Shown here: positions 53,681 to 64,000 of the stretch, piece after piece | Layout of the letters: each line of letters starts with the position of its first letter | Position numbering within the stretch: the stretch's first letter is position 1 | NCBI GenBank assembly: GCA_965212525.1 | Contig: CBDBVC010000045.1 | Coordinates: forward strand, 70,949-134,948 | Source: Lysobacterales bacterium | GTDB lineage: Bacteria; Pseudomonadota; Gammaproteobacteria; Xanthomonadales; SZUA-38 | DNA length: 64,000 nt | Direction of reading: 5' to 3' | Program-made: the position numbers and the translations under genes | Notes under the pieces: generated by a model | Databases searched by the model: none | Seen by the model: the letters and a program-made list of their open reading frames with translations, nothing else | Told to the model about the DNA's origin: nothing

Positions 53681-54739
53681 ATGAGCGAAAACGGCACGAC
53701 AGATCCCATCCGGCTGACACAGTACAGCCATGGTGCTGGCTGCGGCTGCAAGATTGCACCCGATGTGCTCGAGAAAATCGTGCAGAGCGAGTTCAATGTA
53801 CCCGACGACGCGCAACTGATCGTCGGCAACAGCAGCAAGGACGATGCCGCCGTCTATGACCTGGGCAACAACCAGGCGGTGATCAGCACCACCGACTTCT
53901 TCATGCCGATTGTCGATGACCCCTTCGACTTCGGGCGAGTTGCCCTCACCAATGCCATCAGCGATATCTATGCCATGGGCGGCGAGCCGCTGGTGGCCAT
54001 CGCCATACTGGGCTGGCCCATCGATACCTTGCCAGCCGAGGTGGCTGCCGAGGTGGTTGATGGTGGACGACAGGCCTGTCGCGAAGCCGGCATCATTCTG
54101 GCCGGTGGTCACAGCATCGATGCACCCGAACCGATCTTCGGTGGTGCCATCACCGGCCGCATCGATCTGGACTGCCTCAAGTGCAATGACCAGGCCGAGA
54201 TCGATGATCACATCTACCTGACCAAACCCCTGGGTGTCGGCATTCTCACCACCGCCGAAAAGCAGGGCAAGCTCAAACCCGAACACGTTGGGCTGGCGCT
54301 GGACACCATGTGCCAGATGAATTCGGCAGGCTTCCGTTTCGGTCAGCTTGAAAGCATCAATGCCATGACCGATGTCACCGGCTTCGGGCTGCTGGGCCAT
54401 CTGCTGGAAGTCTGTCAGGGCAGTAGCGTCGAGGCCGAACTCGATGTCTCGAAGATACCCCGTCTGGATGGTGTCGATGATTACATTGCTGCCGGTGCCG
54501 TTCCCGGTGGCACCCATCGCAATCATCAGAGCTATGGTGAACACGCCAGCGAGATGAGCGAGCACGACAAGGCCATCCTGTGCGACCCGCAAACCAGCGG
54601 CGGCCTGCTGGTGACGGTCAGTGATGAGGAGCTGGATGAATTTCACGATTGCCTGGCGCAGCACGAGATCGAAGCCAGTTTCATCGGACGAATCACCCGG
54701 CCAACCGAAGGGCCGACCATCAGGTTGATTACGACTTAA
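53681..54739 (+). CDS. selD: Selenide, water dikinase (Cys type)
   Basis: [32 protein letters not shown]. Confidence 0.98.
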   Translation: MSENGTTDPIRLTQYSHGAGCGCKIAPDVLEKIVQSEFNVPDDAQLIVGNSSKDDAAVYDLGNNQAVISTTDFFMPIVDDPFDFGRVALTNAISDIYAMGGEPLVAIAILGWPIDTLPAEVAAEVVDGGRQACREAGIILAGGHSIDAPEPIFGGAITGRIDLDCLKCNDQAEIDDHIYLTKPLGVGILTTAEKQGKLKPEHVGLALDTMCQMNSAGFRFGQLESINAMTDVTGFGLLGHLLEVCQGSSVEAELDVSKIPRLDGVDDYIAAGAVPGGTHRNHQSYGEHASEMSEHDKAILCDPQTSGGLLVTVSDEELDEFHDCLAQHEIEASFIGRITRPTEGPTIRLITT

Positions 54740-55827
54740 TGGGACGCAAGGTTGATCAATACCTGGAGGTCTTTCGATCTGGCGCGCCCCTGCTCGATGT
54801 TCGGGCACCGGTTGAATTTTCCCGTGGCAGTTTTCCCGGGGCAGTGAACCTGCCGCTGCTGTCGGATGAACAGCGCGAAATGATCGGCATCACTTTCAAG
54901 AACGAGGGTCAGCAGGCCGCGGTCGATCTGGGATACCAGCTCATCTCGGGCGATCTGAAACTGCGGCGCATTCATGCATGGGCCGAATTCTGCCGCGAAC
55001 ACCCGGACGGATACCTCTATTGTTTCCGTGGCGGCATGCGCTCGAAAATCGTGCAGGAATGGTTGCTGGAGCTGGGTATCGATTACCCCCGCATTGCGGG
55101 TGGCTCCAAGGCCATGCGACAGTTCCTGATCGATCAGCTGGATGCGCTTGGAAGTCAGCGCATCATGCGAATCGGCGGGTGCACCGGTATCGGCAAGACC
55201 GAGGTTCTGCTCGCCCTGCCCAGTCACATCGATCTGGAGGGCATCGCCAATCATCGCGGTTCGGCCTTTGGCGGCAAGCTGGCCGACCAGCCCAGCCAGA
55301 TCAATTTCGAAAACATCATCGCCGTGACCTGGCTGAAGATGAATCAACCCGAACAGGTTATTTTCGAGGACGAGAGCCGCGGCATCGGCCAGTGTTTTCT
55401 GCCGGATCACTTTTACCAGGCGTTCTGCAGGACCGACCTGGTAATTCTCGAGGCACCCTACGAGGAGCGCCTCAGGCGAATTCAGCACGATTACATCGAA
55501 AGCAACCTGGGGCTGTTCATCAATGAGGATCCCGAAAACGGTTTCGACACCTTTGCCGAGTGGCTGGATGCATCACTGTCTCGTATCAGCAACCGACTGG
55601 GCGGTGAGCGAACCAGGGCGATCAGAGCGCTGATGACCGATGCGCTCGCACTGCACCTGAACCAGAATGCCGCCGCCGCACATCAGCGCTGGATCGATGT
55701 GCTGCTGAGCAGTTATTACGACCCGATGTACGATTATCAGCTGTCAAAGAAGGAAGAACGGGTACGCTTTCGCGGCAATGCCGAGGAGGTGACGGCGTTC
55801 CTCGAGGACTGGCTTCAGTCGCGGTAG
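54739..55827 (+). CDS. mnmH: tRNA 2-selenouridine synthase
   Basis: DVRAPVEF, YCFRGGMRS, GCTGIGKT, HRGSAFG, YYDPMY; TAATG coupling to selD. Confidence 0.95.
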   Translation: MGRKVDQYLEVFRSGAPLLDVRAPVEFSRGSFPGAVNLPLLSDEQREMIGITFKNEGQQAAVDLGYQLISGDLKLRRIHAWAEFCREHPDGYLYCFRGGMRSKIVQEWLLELGIDYPRIAGGSKAMRQFLIDQLDALGSQRIMRIGGCTGIGKTEVLLALPSHIDLEGIANHRGSAFGGKLADQPSQINFENIIAVTWLKMNQPEQVIFEDESRGIGQCFLPDHFYQAFCRTDLVILEAPYEERLRRIQHDYIESNLGLFINEDPENGFDTFAEWLDASLSRISNRLGGERTRAIRALMTDALALHLNQNAAAAHQRWIDVLLSSYYDPMYDYQLSKKEERVRFRGNAEEVTAFLEDWLQSR

Positions 55828-56594
55828 CCGGCCACCAGCACACGCTTGCCTGTGCGCAATTGCTCGTAGGCATCGGCCGGCGGTGCGATCAGTTCAACAC
55901 GGTCAAAACCTACCTTGTGCATGATCCAGATCAGTGTCTCGGTGCTGGGTACCAGACAGATTCCTTCGGTGGAGGCTTCCGGGCCGTGGGTATCGTCGGT
56001 CTCGTCGATGACTGCAAAGCAACCCTTCATCGGTCGCACGAATTCATAACTGCCATAATCCAGTGGTCCGGACAGGTGCGGGCCTACCTGCGTTTCGATC
56101 AGACAGACCTTGCCGGTGAGCGCATGGGCACGGCGTATGGCACCGATCGGGTTTTCCAGGTGGTAGATCAGGCCCAGCATCATGCAGATATCGAAGCGGC
56201 CCATCGCAGCACAATCCAGATCGTGGATGTCCGATTGCAGGGCACTGAAATTGTCCGCCGATTGCACCTCGGCAATCAGCCGGGCATCGTCAACGTGTGA
56301 CTGCCGCGCATCCACACCCAGCACCTCACGCACCCCGCGTTCGATCAGCTGCAGCGAGAAGAAGCCCTGATGGCATGCCAGGTCGATGGCATTGAGTCCG
56401 GCCAGTGAATCACCAAAGGTCTGGGCTAGCACGTGATCGATCATCTGCAGGCGGGTCTGGTGAATCTTGTCGAGCTTGCCGCCACCGTAGGTGGGCGTGG
56501 TGCCGCCACCGGGCAGGCGGAACGGGTAGAACCACTCTCGGTTCATCAGCTCGGATTCTTTCGGGTGTGCCTTGTTCATAACTGGCTCATGCAT
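55815..56594 (-). CDS. Class I SAM methyltransferase (DUF1698/CmoB-like)
   Basis: IDLACHQGFF, GLIYHLENP; start uncertain (56594 or 56579). Confidence 0.8.
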   Translation of the reverse strand: MHEPVMNKAHPKESELMNREWFYPFRLPGGGTTPTYGGGKLDKIHQTRLQMIDHVLAQTFGDSLAGLNAIDLACHQGFFSLQLIERGVREVLGVDARQSHVDDARLIAEVQSADNFSALQSDIHDLDCAAMGRFDICMMLGLIYHLENPIGAIRRAHALTGKVCLIETQVGPHLSGPLDYGSYEFVRPMKGCFAVIDETDDTHGPEASTEGICLVPSTETLIWIMHKVGFDRVELIAPPADAYEQLRTGKRVLVAGYRD

Positions 56595-56710
56595 TTCCTG
56601 AAGCGTGATCACCTGAGCGAATATGCCGCCATTGGCATGTCGGTGATCGGGGCTGCAATGGTACAATGACAGCGAACAAGAAGGAACAAGTCACGTTGGG
56701 AATCGCCTGA

Positions 56711-57922
56711 ATGCAATCCACACCCCTGCCCGAGGAATCGGTTTGTCTGATGCTGGCCGTCGAGGCCGATCTGTCCGAACATGCGCACGGCCTGAGCCTG
56801 CCACCGCCACTGGACAAGGCAGCTGCGACCCAGCTGTCCGAACTGGTGGCTGCCGACCTGACCGCATTGCTGGGAGATATCAGCGCCTTCGGCATGGTCG
56901 TGGCCGGAGCCCTGTACGAGCAGCCGCAGCTGCTGTCACCGGGTTATCCGGTGTTCAATACCCTGCGTGCGATGTACATCAAGGCGCAGCAGGCCGGTGA
57001 CAGCGACAGGCCATTCGAGGCCGGGCTGATGGCACTGGGTGCCGCCAACGGAGTATTCCCCGAAGCCGCACTGAATCCGCATGACAGTGATGCGGCCGGG
57101 CCGCTGCTGCTGGTACCGATCGTGCTGACCGGTGATGCCGATGCGCTCAGGGAACTGGCTTCGAAGACCGAAGAGGTGCTGTTGAACCAGGGCCAGGCGC
57201 GGCCCGAAACGGCCATCAGCCTGATCGAGTTGTTTGCCGTCAATCCACTGCACGCACGCTACATGACCCTGCACGATCTGTGCGCCATGCTCAGCATGCA
57301 GCTGACCCATATTGGCCTGCCCGAGCTGTGGGAACTGCTCGATGCCCAGTTGCTGACCGGTGAATCCCGCGTGGTGAAATCGGCCATCGGCAACCTGTTC
57401 CGCACCACACCGCAGGGCGTGGATGTCACCTGCATGAGCTTCAATAGCTGGGCTCGGGACCATCGTCAGCGATCACCTGATGCCGACCTGGCCGGCGATT
57501 ACGCCCAGTATGTCCGGGTGCAACGACAGGTGGTAACCGCACTCCGGGCGCATGGTGTGGATGTCCGGCTGCTGTTGCTGGGGCCGGGCGAATCGGGCCC
57601 GTTTGACGAGATTGACCACTGGCCCGGTGATCTGGACGTACTCGATGAGGCCTTTGTGCGTGAGGTTGCCGTGGATGGTGTGGCCGAGGGACACATCGAA
57701 GTCACCGAGCAGAGCACGGCTGACCTGGGCACGCTGGCCTACACCGTGCAGTGGAACAGTGATGACGGTATCAGCCGTCTGGAACACTATTACCCGCTGC
57801 GTGCCCGCGGCCTGCACGAAATCCTCGATCACCTGCGCGAGCTGTATCAGGACGACCTGGTGTTCAACTACCCCGGCAAGCTGTGCATCGATGAGGACAA
57901 CGCGACGCTGGTCTCGTTCTGA
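56711..57922 (+). CDS. Hypothetical protein
   Basis: 403 aa, host-like codon usage, upstream TGGTACAAT. Confidence 0.75.
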   Translation: MQSTPLPEESVCLMLAVEADLSEHAHGLSLPPPLDKAAATQLSELVAADLTALLGDISAFGMVVAGALYEQPQLLSPGYPVFNTLRAMYIKAQQAGDSDRPFEAGLMALGAANGVFPEAALNPHDSDAAGPLLLVPIVLTGDADALRELASKTEEVLLNQGQARPETAISLIELFAVNPLHARYMTLHDLCAMLSMQLTHIGLPELWELLDAQLLTGESRVVKSAIGNLFRTTPQGVDVTCMSFNSWARDHRQRSPDADLAGDYAQYVRVQRQVVTALRAHGVDVRLLLLGPGESGPFDEIDHWPGDLDVLDEAFVREVAVDGVAEGHIEVTEQSTADLGTLAYTVQWNSDDGISRLEHYYPLRARGLHEILDHLRELYQDDLVFNYPGKLCIDEDNATLVSF

Positions 57923-57931
57923 CTGGATTGA

Positions 57932-58456
57932 TCAGACTGTTGTGTTACTGAACAGCGCCGCCTTCCAGATCGCCAGTTTCTTCTCCCGGCTCATGGCCGC
58001 GTAGGCTGGTGAGGTCGAGGGCATCTTTTCGATCCGGATTCGTTCTGCAGATTCACCCAGCGTCGGTACCACGCGACGCCGCCACAGTTCGGCGGCCTTG
58101 CCGCCATTGAGCAGAATGAGTTGTATACCCGCATGCTCTGTCAACAGGCTGGCGAAATCATTGACCTCGATCGATACCGGATCGATGGCCGAATCAAGGC
58201 TGCCCGGTCGGCGGCAACGACCCACCACGTCCCACAGGCCCACGCCACGGCCAACCAGTTGCTGGCAGCGCTGCTGATAATCCAGCTGTCGTGTGATACC
58301 GAAGCAGGACTCGATTATCCACCAGAAGGCATTCTGCGGGTGGGCATAATACTCCACTGCGTTCAACGATTGAACGCCTGGCATGGAGCCGAGCACAAGG
58401 CGATCGCAATTCTCATCGACCATGGCCGGAAAACCGCTCAGCAGCGGTTCAGTCAC
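57932..58456 (-). CDS. DNA-deoxyinosine glycosylase (UDG superfamily)
   Basis: LGSMPG..SL...YYAHPQNAFW, GSLDS, MPSTSPA. Confidence 0.92.
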   Translation of the reverse strand: MTEPLLSGFPAMVDENCDRLVLGSMPGVQSLNAVEYYAHPQNAFWWIIESCFGITRQLDYQQRCQQLVGRGVGLWDVVGRCRRPGSLDSAIDPVSIEVNDFASLLTEHAGIQLILLNGGKAAELWRRRVVPTLGESAERIRIEKMPSTSPAYAAMSREKKLAIWKAALFSNTTV

Positions 58457-61130
58457 GAGTAGTATGTTCCGCAGTCACCGGCTCGAGCTGCCAGTGGGTC
58501 AGCGCAATGCCCAGCAGCCGGGTATCCGGGTTGAAGCCGAGTTCCACAGGCCGGCTGGCATCGGGGAACTCGAGTCGAATGTCCAGCTGGCTGGCTGGCG
58601 AGGCCAGTGAAAAGCGGAAGCGGTGAGCCGCCATCTCGGGCGTTCTCATCAGTGTATCGGCCACCGGGCTGCCATTGATCAGTAGCCGCACACGCTGACT
58701 CATCAGCGCCGGCGGGTGCAGGAATGCGCGGCCGTGAAGCACCAGTTCGTATTCACGCGCGGGTATCGGTCGCTCGGAGCGGAATGTCAGGGTTGCACTG
58801 CCAGACTCACTCCAGCGGTGATCGGTTTGCGGGGCCGACCAGCCCGCGCCAAACAGGGAGCTCATGGCAGGGTCGATGGCGCGAATGCTGTCACCCACCC
58901 TGACCTGTGCCCGTACATTGCGCCAGATACGGGCCGGGTTACCGGGTTTCGTGCCGGTCACGGCATCGGCATGAATCAGCGCCATGTCGGGCAGCCTGCG
59001 CCACTCGCCGCTGTCGCTCTGAACGATTGGCGTCACGGTAATCCGGTTCTCGCCCGATGTCAGCAGGGCATTGTCATAGAGGCAACGAAACTGGTGTTCC
59101 AGCCCCGGAATGCGATAGAACCGTGACAGGCAGGCGATGGTGTCGTTGATACTGACGGCGAAACCGCCCGCATTGGTCCCAGTGAAAATTCGGCTGGCCT
59201 CGGCGGCGTTTTCCAGTTCGGCGTAGAACATCGACAGGCGGTAATCTGCCTGTGGCGCCCATTGCCTGAGGCCTTTCAGCTGTGCCACGCGTACTCTGAC
59301 GCCGGCAGTCGCATCCGCTGCTGTCGATACAGGCAGATCAGACAATGAAGTACCCACCAGCCCCGCAGATGCCGGTAACAGATTGGCCTCGGTCAGGCTG
59401 GCGAGCGTGCCCTGGCCACTGATCAAGTCCAGCCGGGAAACCGCGTCAGCCTGCGCATCACGATACTCATCCAGCGTTGCAGATAATTGATCGCCGGTTT
59501 CGGTGACAACGGTCACCGGGCGCGGGTTCGCAGATGAGGGTTCCTGCAATGAGTTTCCGTCCAGTGCATCACCAATGCGAATGCCAGTGAGTGACAGCAC
59601 GGTGGGCAGCAGATCGATCGACTGACTGGCCTGACCGGACACTTCAGCATTCACCTGCCCCGGGTACTTGATCAGCAACGGCACCCCGGCGATTTCAGCC
59701 AGGTTGTTATCGGTCAGCTCTCGGCGGGGCTGTCCTGGTGAGAACGATGCGCCATGATCGGAGGTGACAATCACCAGCGCCTGATCATACAGACCGGTTG
59801 CTTCCAGTCGGTCAATCATCTCGCCGATGAGGCGGTCGGCAAAGCCGGCCTGCAGCAGGTGCTGCTGGCGTGAGAGCAGTGCCGCCTGCGGGTCGTCGTA
59901 GAGTCGATCCATGAACGAGCTCTGATCTTCGTCCGGCAGATTGCCGATGAACTGGCTGCTCTCCGGCAGTGTGTAGTAAGTGCCATCGGCCAGGTGACTG
60001 AAGGGCGCATGCGGCAGCATCGAATGCAGGTAGTGCAGTCCCGGCTGCCCTGTTTCTGTACCGATGCCGGCGATGAAGCGACGAAACACGCGGCCCCGGT
60101 CGGCATAAATGTATTCTTCCTCGCGGAAGCTGTCGTCATCGTGCTGGCGATCACGAAATGCCAGCCAGCGGTTATCCACCGACGGCAGCCAACCGACAAG
60201 GTCATCGGGCAATAGCCGGTGCAGCCCGATGATCCACAGATCATCAACCGTGAGGCCCAGCCGGTAGCGGCGTGAGGCCAGCAGTGAGGTGGGCCTACAC
60301 AGGCTGTTCGGACACAGGTCAGTCCCATTCTGATGCACATCCATTGCATAGTAAGGTGCCAGCGCCGTGAACAGATTCACCGGGTGGTGTCGCCAGGTGG
60401 GCGGTAGTGCGTCATCGCCCGTAGGGATCCTGCCGTTCAACAGGGCCGGTACCGAGATGGCGGTATTGTCTGCATTGACCGTGTGATCCGGGAACCAGGT
60501 GGCCCGCCTTGCCAGTCGCGCCAGCGATGGAAAGCGATCAGCATTGATGACAGGCCTGCCGGAGGCATCGCTGCTGATCAGGCTGGTGAGTGGAAATTCA
60601 TCCAGCACGATGAACACCATCGGTGGCAGGCTTTTGTTGTTGATTCGCTCGGTTTCGACCTGGCTCCAGGCCGAGGTAAACCAGGGACGTACGGCGGGTG
60701 AGAGCACAAACAGGGCCACCAGTACCGGCAGTGCCAGTGCATACAGGGAGACGAACGTCTGCAGTGGTTTGCTGCGGTGATACCACCACAGCAGCAGGCC
60801 GGCTGCCGTGGCTGCCAGCAGCAGTACCCAGACAGCCGAGCTGAACCACTGCCCCAGCAACGGCATCAGCAGCACGATCAATAGCAGCCAGAACAGCAGA
60901 TGAAACACCCCGGCACCCAGGCGTCGGTTGATCAGCCGAGTGGCCAGATACGGCACAACGCAAAGCAGCGGAAGCACAAGCGCGCCGAACAGGGTCAGCA
61001 CAATCATGTCGAATCGATCCAGCTGGTGCGCCGCCAGGAATTCCGGATGATTTTTCAGCACACCCAACAGCGGTAGCGACAGCGCCATCGCCGCCAGGAC
61101 AAACAGTTGCAGGGCGCGCTTTGCGTTCAT
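58449..61130 (-). CDS. Membrane-anchored sulfatase-fold (LtaS-like) hydrolase/transferase
   Basis: About 5 N-terminal TM, IVLDEF, HSMLPH, TSDHG, VPLLIKYP. Confidence 0.85.
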   Translation of the reverse strand: MNAKRALQLFVLAAMALSLPLLGVLKNHPEFLAAHQLDRFDMIVLTLFGALVLPLLCVVPYLATRLINRRLGAGVFHLLFWLLLIVLLMPLLGQWFSSAVWVLLLAATAAGLLLWWYHRSKPLQTFVSLYALALPVLVALFVLSPAVRPWFTSAWSQVETERINNKSLPPMVFIVLDEFPLTSLISSDASGRPVINADRFPSLARLARRATWFPDHTVNADNTAISVPALLNGRIPTGDDALPPTWRHHPVNLFTALAPYYAMDVHQNGTDLCPNSLCRPTSLLASRRYRLGLTVDDLWIIGLHRLLPDDLVGWLPSVDNRWLAFRDRQHDDDSFREEEYIYADRGRVFRRFIAGIGTETGQPGLHYLHSMLPHAPFSHLADGTYYTLPESSQFIGNLPDEDQSSFMDRLYDDPQAALLSRQQHLLQAGFADRLIGEMIDRLEATGLYDQALVIVTSDHGASFSPGQPRRELTDNNLAEIAGVPLLIKYPGQVNAEVSGQASQSIDLLPTVLSLTGIRIGDALDGNSLQEPSSANPRPVTVVTETGDQLSATLDEYRDAQADAVSRLDLISGQGTLASLTEANLLPASAGLVGTSLSDLPVSTAADATAGVRVRVAQLKGLRQWAPQADYRLSMFYAELENAAEASRIFTGTNAGGFAVSINDTIACLSRFYRIPGLEHQFRCLYDNALLTSGENRITVTPIVQSDSGEWRRLPDMALIHADAVTGTKPGNPARIWRNVRAQVRVGDSIRAIDPAMSSLFGAGWSAPQTDHRWSESGSATLTFRSERPIPAREYELVLHGRAFLHPPALMSQRVRLLINGSPVADTLMRTPEMAAHRFRFSLASPASQLDIRLEFPDASRPVELGFNPDTRLLGIALTHWQLEPVTAEHTTRD

Positions 61131-63835
61131 GGTTCTGCCACGTTGCTCAGCGAGAGTGACAACAGGGCAATGGCCAGCGTGCGGGCATCGTCATTGAGGC
61201 CGAAATCCACGGGTCTGGATGCATCCGGCAAGTCCAGGCGAAGCCTCAACGATTGTGTTGGCTCGCTCAGGACCACCTCGAAGCTGTGAGAGCTGAACTC
61301 GTCCTCATCCAGTTTGGTCTTGTATAACAGCACATCATCATGATTGACACGTATCCGCTGGGAGGTCAATTCACCATCCACCAGAAAGGGCTTGAGCGTA
61401 AGCGTCACGCGGTAGGTTCCAGCCGCCACGGTTTCGGCGAAGGTCAGATTGATCTCGGCAGTGGTATCGGTGCTCCACAGGATTCGGCTGCGGGCCGATG
61501 CCCAGCCATCAACGAAGGCCGCCTCATGCCGACTGTCGACAAAATCGATGGTATCGCCCGGCATGATGGCCTTCACCGGCGGCAGCCAGCGACGGTTGGA
61601 ACCCGGCTTTCTCAGGCTGGGCAGCAAGTCAACATCGGTCATGGCCAGTGGCAACAGCTGGCGGCCATCGTCAGACACCTCGAACAGACGAACGTCATTC
61701 ACGCCGAGATTGAAGCGGGTCGGATCGATCAGCATGCGCAGGTGCTGGCGGTGCTCGGCCATCACCATGTTGCTGCCACTGCCGGCCACCTGTCCGTTGA
61801 CGCTGACCACATAGCTGGCATTGCGGGTCAGCAGGCTGTCGTCATCGATATCGGCATAGAACATGCCGAGCGAATACCCGGTGTAGGGGTTCCAGTTCTG
61901 CAGCCAGTCCAGACGCGCCACCGACGCGGTCTTCTGCTGATCTTCGGCAAGACTCACCACATCGAGCGAGCCCAGCGACTGGTTCACTAGGCCATGGGGA
62001 TCGGGACCATGCCACACCTGTTCGATGCCGCCGTTGCCCATTCGCCCGGCCTGATCCTGTGCCAGCTGACTCATGCGGCCGACCAGGCTGGAAATGGGTT
62101 TCTGGCCGATCATTTTCATGCCCTTGGTGATCAGGGTCTGTTGTCGATCTGGCCATGGCGATTGATCATTGCTCGCAAGTGCTGCCTGGTCAGGCGCATG
62201 ACCCGCCATGGCGGACAGAATCATCGGGGCAATATCGGTTGAATAGGTATGCCAGTCCGAGACGCCGTTCGGGCTACCGTTCGGGTACTTGATGAACAGC
62301 GGAACACTGGCAATGCGGCTAAAGTTGTCATGCGTGAGCTGACGTCTGGAGTCACCCGGTTCGAAGGCGGCACCGTGATCCGAGGTCACCACCAGCAGGC
62401 TGTCATCAAACATCGCTTCCTGTTTCAGTTGCTGCACAAGATCGCCGATCAGTTTATCTACTGCTGAGACCTGCAACAGCTGCTGACGTTCCGCAAGTTC
62501 CACCGCCACCGGGTCATCGTACCACTGGTGTTTCAGCGCATGTGTCCCGTCTTCGGGCATGATGCCCATAATGCTCTGTCGCTCGGGCAGGGTGTAGTCA
62601 TTGAGTGAACCGTCGTATCGATATGGCCCGTGGGGCAACAGCACGTGCAGGTAATGGAACTGTGGCTCATCGGCATGTTTTATCGCTTCGATGAACGAGC
62701 GAAACACGTCAATACGGTTCTCGTAGGAATAGTTCTGGGTCTTGAATTCGGATTCGGCTTGCGTTATCTCACCGGTCTGGTGGGCCTGACGAAATCCAAA
62801 CCAGCGCTGGTCGATCTGTGGCAGCGATGTTCGCATGCCGGACGGCAGTATCATGTGGCCATAGAACACCATCAGGTCATCCAGCGTCAGCAACAGTCGA
62901 GAGCCACGCGTCGCAAACATCGGTGGCGGGTTGCAGATGGCCGTTGGACACAGGTCGGTTCCATTCTGGACCGCATGAATGGTGTAACGGCTGTCCAGAC
63001 GGGTAAAAAGGTTATCGGGAAAATGACGGTAGTCGGGAATGGTCCTCTGGCTCATGTCCAGCTGCCGACCGGACAGCATCATCGGAATGGCCATGGACGT
63101 GGTGTCAGAATTGGCCGTGTGTCGCCGAAACCACACCCCGGATTCGGCCAGAGCCGCGAAATTGGGGTAGCGCGTCGCATTCAGCTCACCGCTGGCATCC
63201 AGCAGACTGAGCAACGGAAATTCATCCAGCACCACCAGAATCAGGTGTGGCAGTGATGCGTCGGGATCAGCCGGCAGAGGCGGTGGCAACAGTTCGGGAT
63301 CAGTTCCCGACCCGACAACGCCGGACTTCGAGTCCAGGCCAGTGCTGTAATCTGTCTGCAGCGTATCCGAGGCCATCATTTGGATGACCAGAACCGGCAA
63401 TGCAATCACGTACAGTGACAGGAATTGACGCAACACCGTGACGCGGCGCAACAACACACACAACAGCAGTGAAGCGGCTAACGCCAGCAGCACGGTCGTG
63501 ATACTGGCATCCAGCACCGAGTACAACGCCAGTGTCAGCACCGCGGTCAGGCCGAGCAGCAACCACAGCAGATAGAAGCCATGGCCGATGACCGGCCATA
63601 ATCGCACCAGCAACCGATAGAGCAGTGCCGGCATCAACGGCAGAATCACAGCGAGGACGGTTATCAGCAGCCACAGGTCGTAGCGGTCGAGCCGGTGCGC
63701 AGCAATGAATTCGGCCTGTACGGACAGTGTCTGGAACAACGGTTGACTCAGGGCCATCGCGGTGATGACGAACAGGTGCAGCGCCCGGATTCTCAGCGAA
63801 TCATGCGTCGCATTATCTGCCTGATGGGCCTTCAT
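61127..63835 (-). CDS. Membrane-anchored sulfatase-fold (LtaS-like) hydrolase/transferase, paralog
   Basis: About 5 TM, VVLDEF, HVLLPH, TSDHG, VPLFIKYP. Confidence 0.85.
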   Translation of the reverse strand: MKAHQADNATHDSLRIRALHLFVITAMALSQPLFQTLSVQAEFIAAHRLDRYDLWLLITVLAVILPLMPALLYRLLVRLWPVIGHGFYLLWLLLGLTAVLTLALYSVLDASITTVLLALAASLLLCVLLRRVTVLRQFLSLYVIALPVLVIQMMASDTLQTDYSTGLDSKSGVVGSGTDPELLPPPLPADPDASLPHLILVVLDEFPLLSLLDASGELNATRYPNFAALAESGVWFRRHTANSDTTSMAIPMMLSGRQLDMSQRTIPDYRHFPDNLFTRLDSRYTIHAVQNGTDLCPTAICNPPPMFATRGSRLLLTLDDLMVFYGHMILPSGMRTSLPQIDQRWFGFRQAHQTGEITQAESEFKTQNYSYENRIDVFRSFIEAIKHADEPQFHYLHVLLPHGPYRYDGSLNDYTLPERQSIMGIMPEDGTHALKHQWYDDPVAVELAERQQLLQVSAVDKLIGDLVQQLKQEAMFDDSLLVVTSDHGAAFEPGDSRRQLTHDNFSRIASVPLFIKYPNGSPNGVSDWHTYSTDIAPMILSAMAGHAPDQAALASNDQSPWPDRQQTLITKGMKMIGQKPISSLVGRMSQLAQDQAGRMGNGGIEQVWHGPDPHGLVNQSLGSLDVVSLAEDQQKTASVARLDWLQNWNPYTGYSLGMFYADIDDDSLLTRNASYVVSVNGQVAGSGSNMVMAEHRQHLRMLIDPTRFNLGVNDVRLFEVSDDGRQLLPLAMTDVDLLPSLRKPGSNRRWLPPVKAIMPGDTIDFVDSRHEAAFVDGWASARSRILWSTDTTAEINLTFAETVAAGTYRVTLTLKPFLVDGELTSQRIRVNHDDVLLYKTKLDEDEFSSHSFEVVLSEPTQSLRLRLDLPDASRPVDFGLNDDARTLAIALLSLSLSNVAEP

Positions 63836-63844
63836 GGTGTTCGC

Positions 63845-64000
63845 TCAGCGGTGTTCGAACGTGATCTCGTTGAGCAGCAGGGCGAGTTTCCGACGATCCT
63901 CACCCATGCCCTGGTCATACGGGACAAACTCGCCATCGCATTGCAGACGCAACGACTGCGGCGAACCCGCAGCGAGACGGATCTTGCGGGTCCATTTCAC
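63845..64000 (-). CDS. 3' end of a gene entering the window, with similar C-terminal motif
   Basis: Manual translation ...FVPYDQGMGEDRRKLALLLNEITFEHR*. Confidence 0.6.
   Translation of the reverse strand: MKWTRKIRLAAGSPQSLRLQCDGEFVPYDQGMGEDRRKLALLLNEITFEHR

Noticed and set aside
53681..53760. Selenocysteine recoding in selD
   Set aside because: Active site is TGC-encoded Cys; no in-frame TGA.

Overview
GC-rich gammaproteobacterial chromosome (gene order and sequences resemble Xanthomonadales-related lineages; inference) spanning the replication origin. Core: mnmE-yidC-rnpA-rpmH / dnaA-[oriC]-dnaN-recF (2 internal parS)-gyrB, plsC-gmhB-like-glySQ, a solo GspE/PilB ATPase, a full cbb3 oxidase cluster (ccoNOQP-G-H-I-S), rpoH, a peroxiredoxin, envC, secB, gpsA, gpmA, selD-mnmH and tandem membrane LtaS/sulfatase-fold genes. 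The first 13 kb, downstream of the mnmE integration hotspot, is accessory. The most notable element is an integron gene-cassette array with no integrase in the window (about 4.47-8.25 kb, minus strand, six cassettes). Its cargo is orphan immunity-like proteins (SMI1/KNR4, CdiI-like, DUF4304-like) and two nuclease-like proteins. Several attC sites are eroded, and one cassette has a matched GAT/ATC core instead of GTT/AAC. Also present: an IS3 with an adjacent deletion, a secreted protein with an internal pilin head domain, and a duplicated mosaic of three REP-like families between mnmE and yidC. No rRNA, tRNA or CRISPR seen. All family names come from motif recognition, not database searches.
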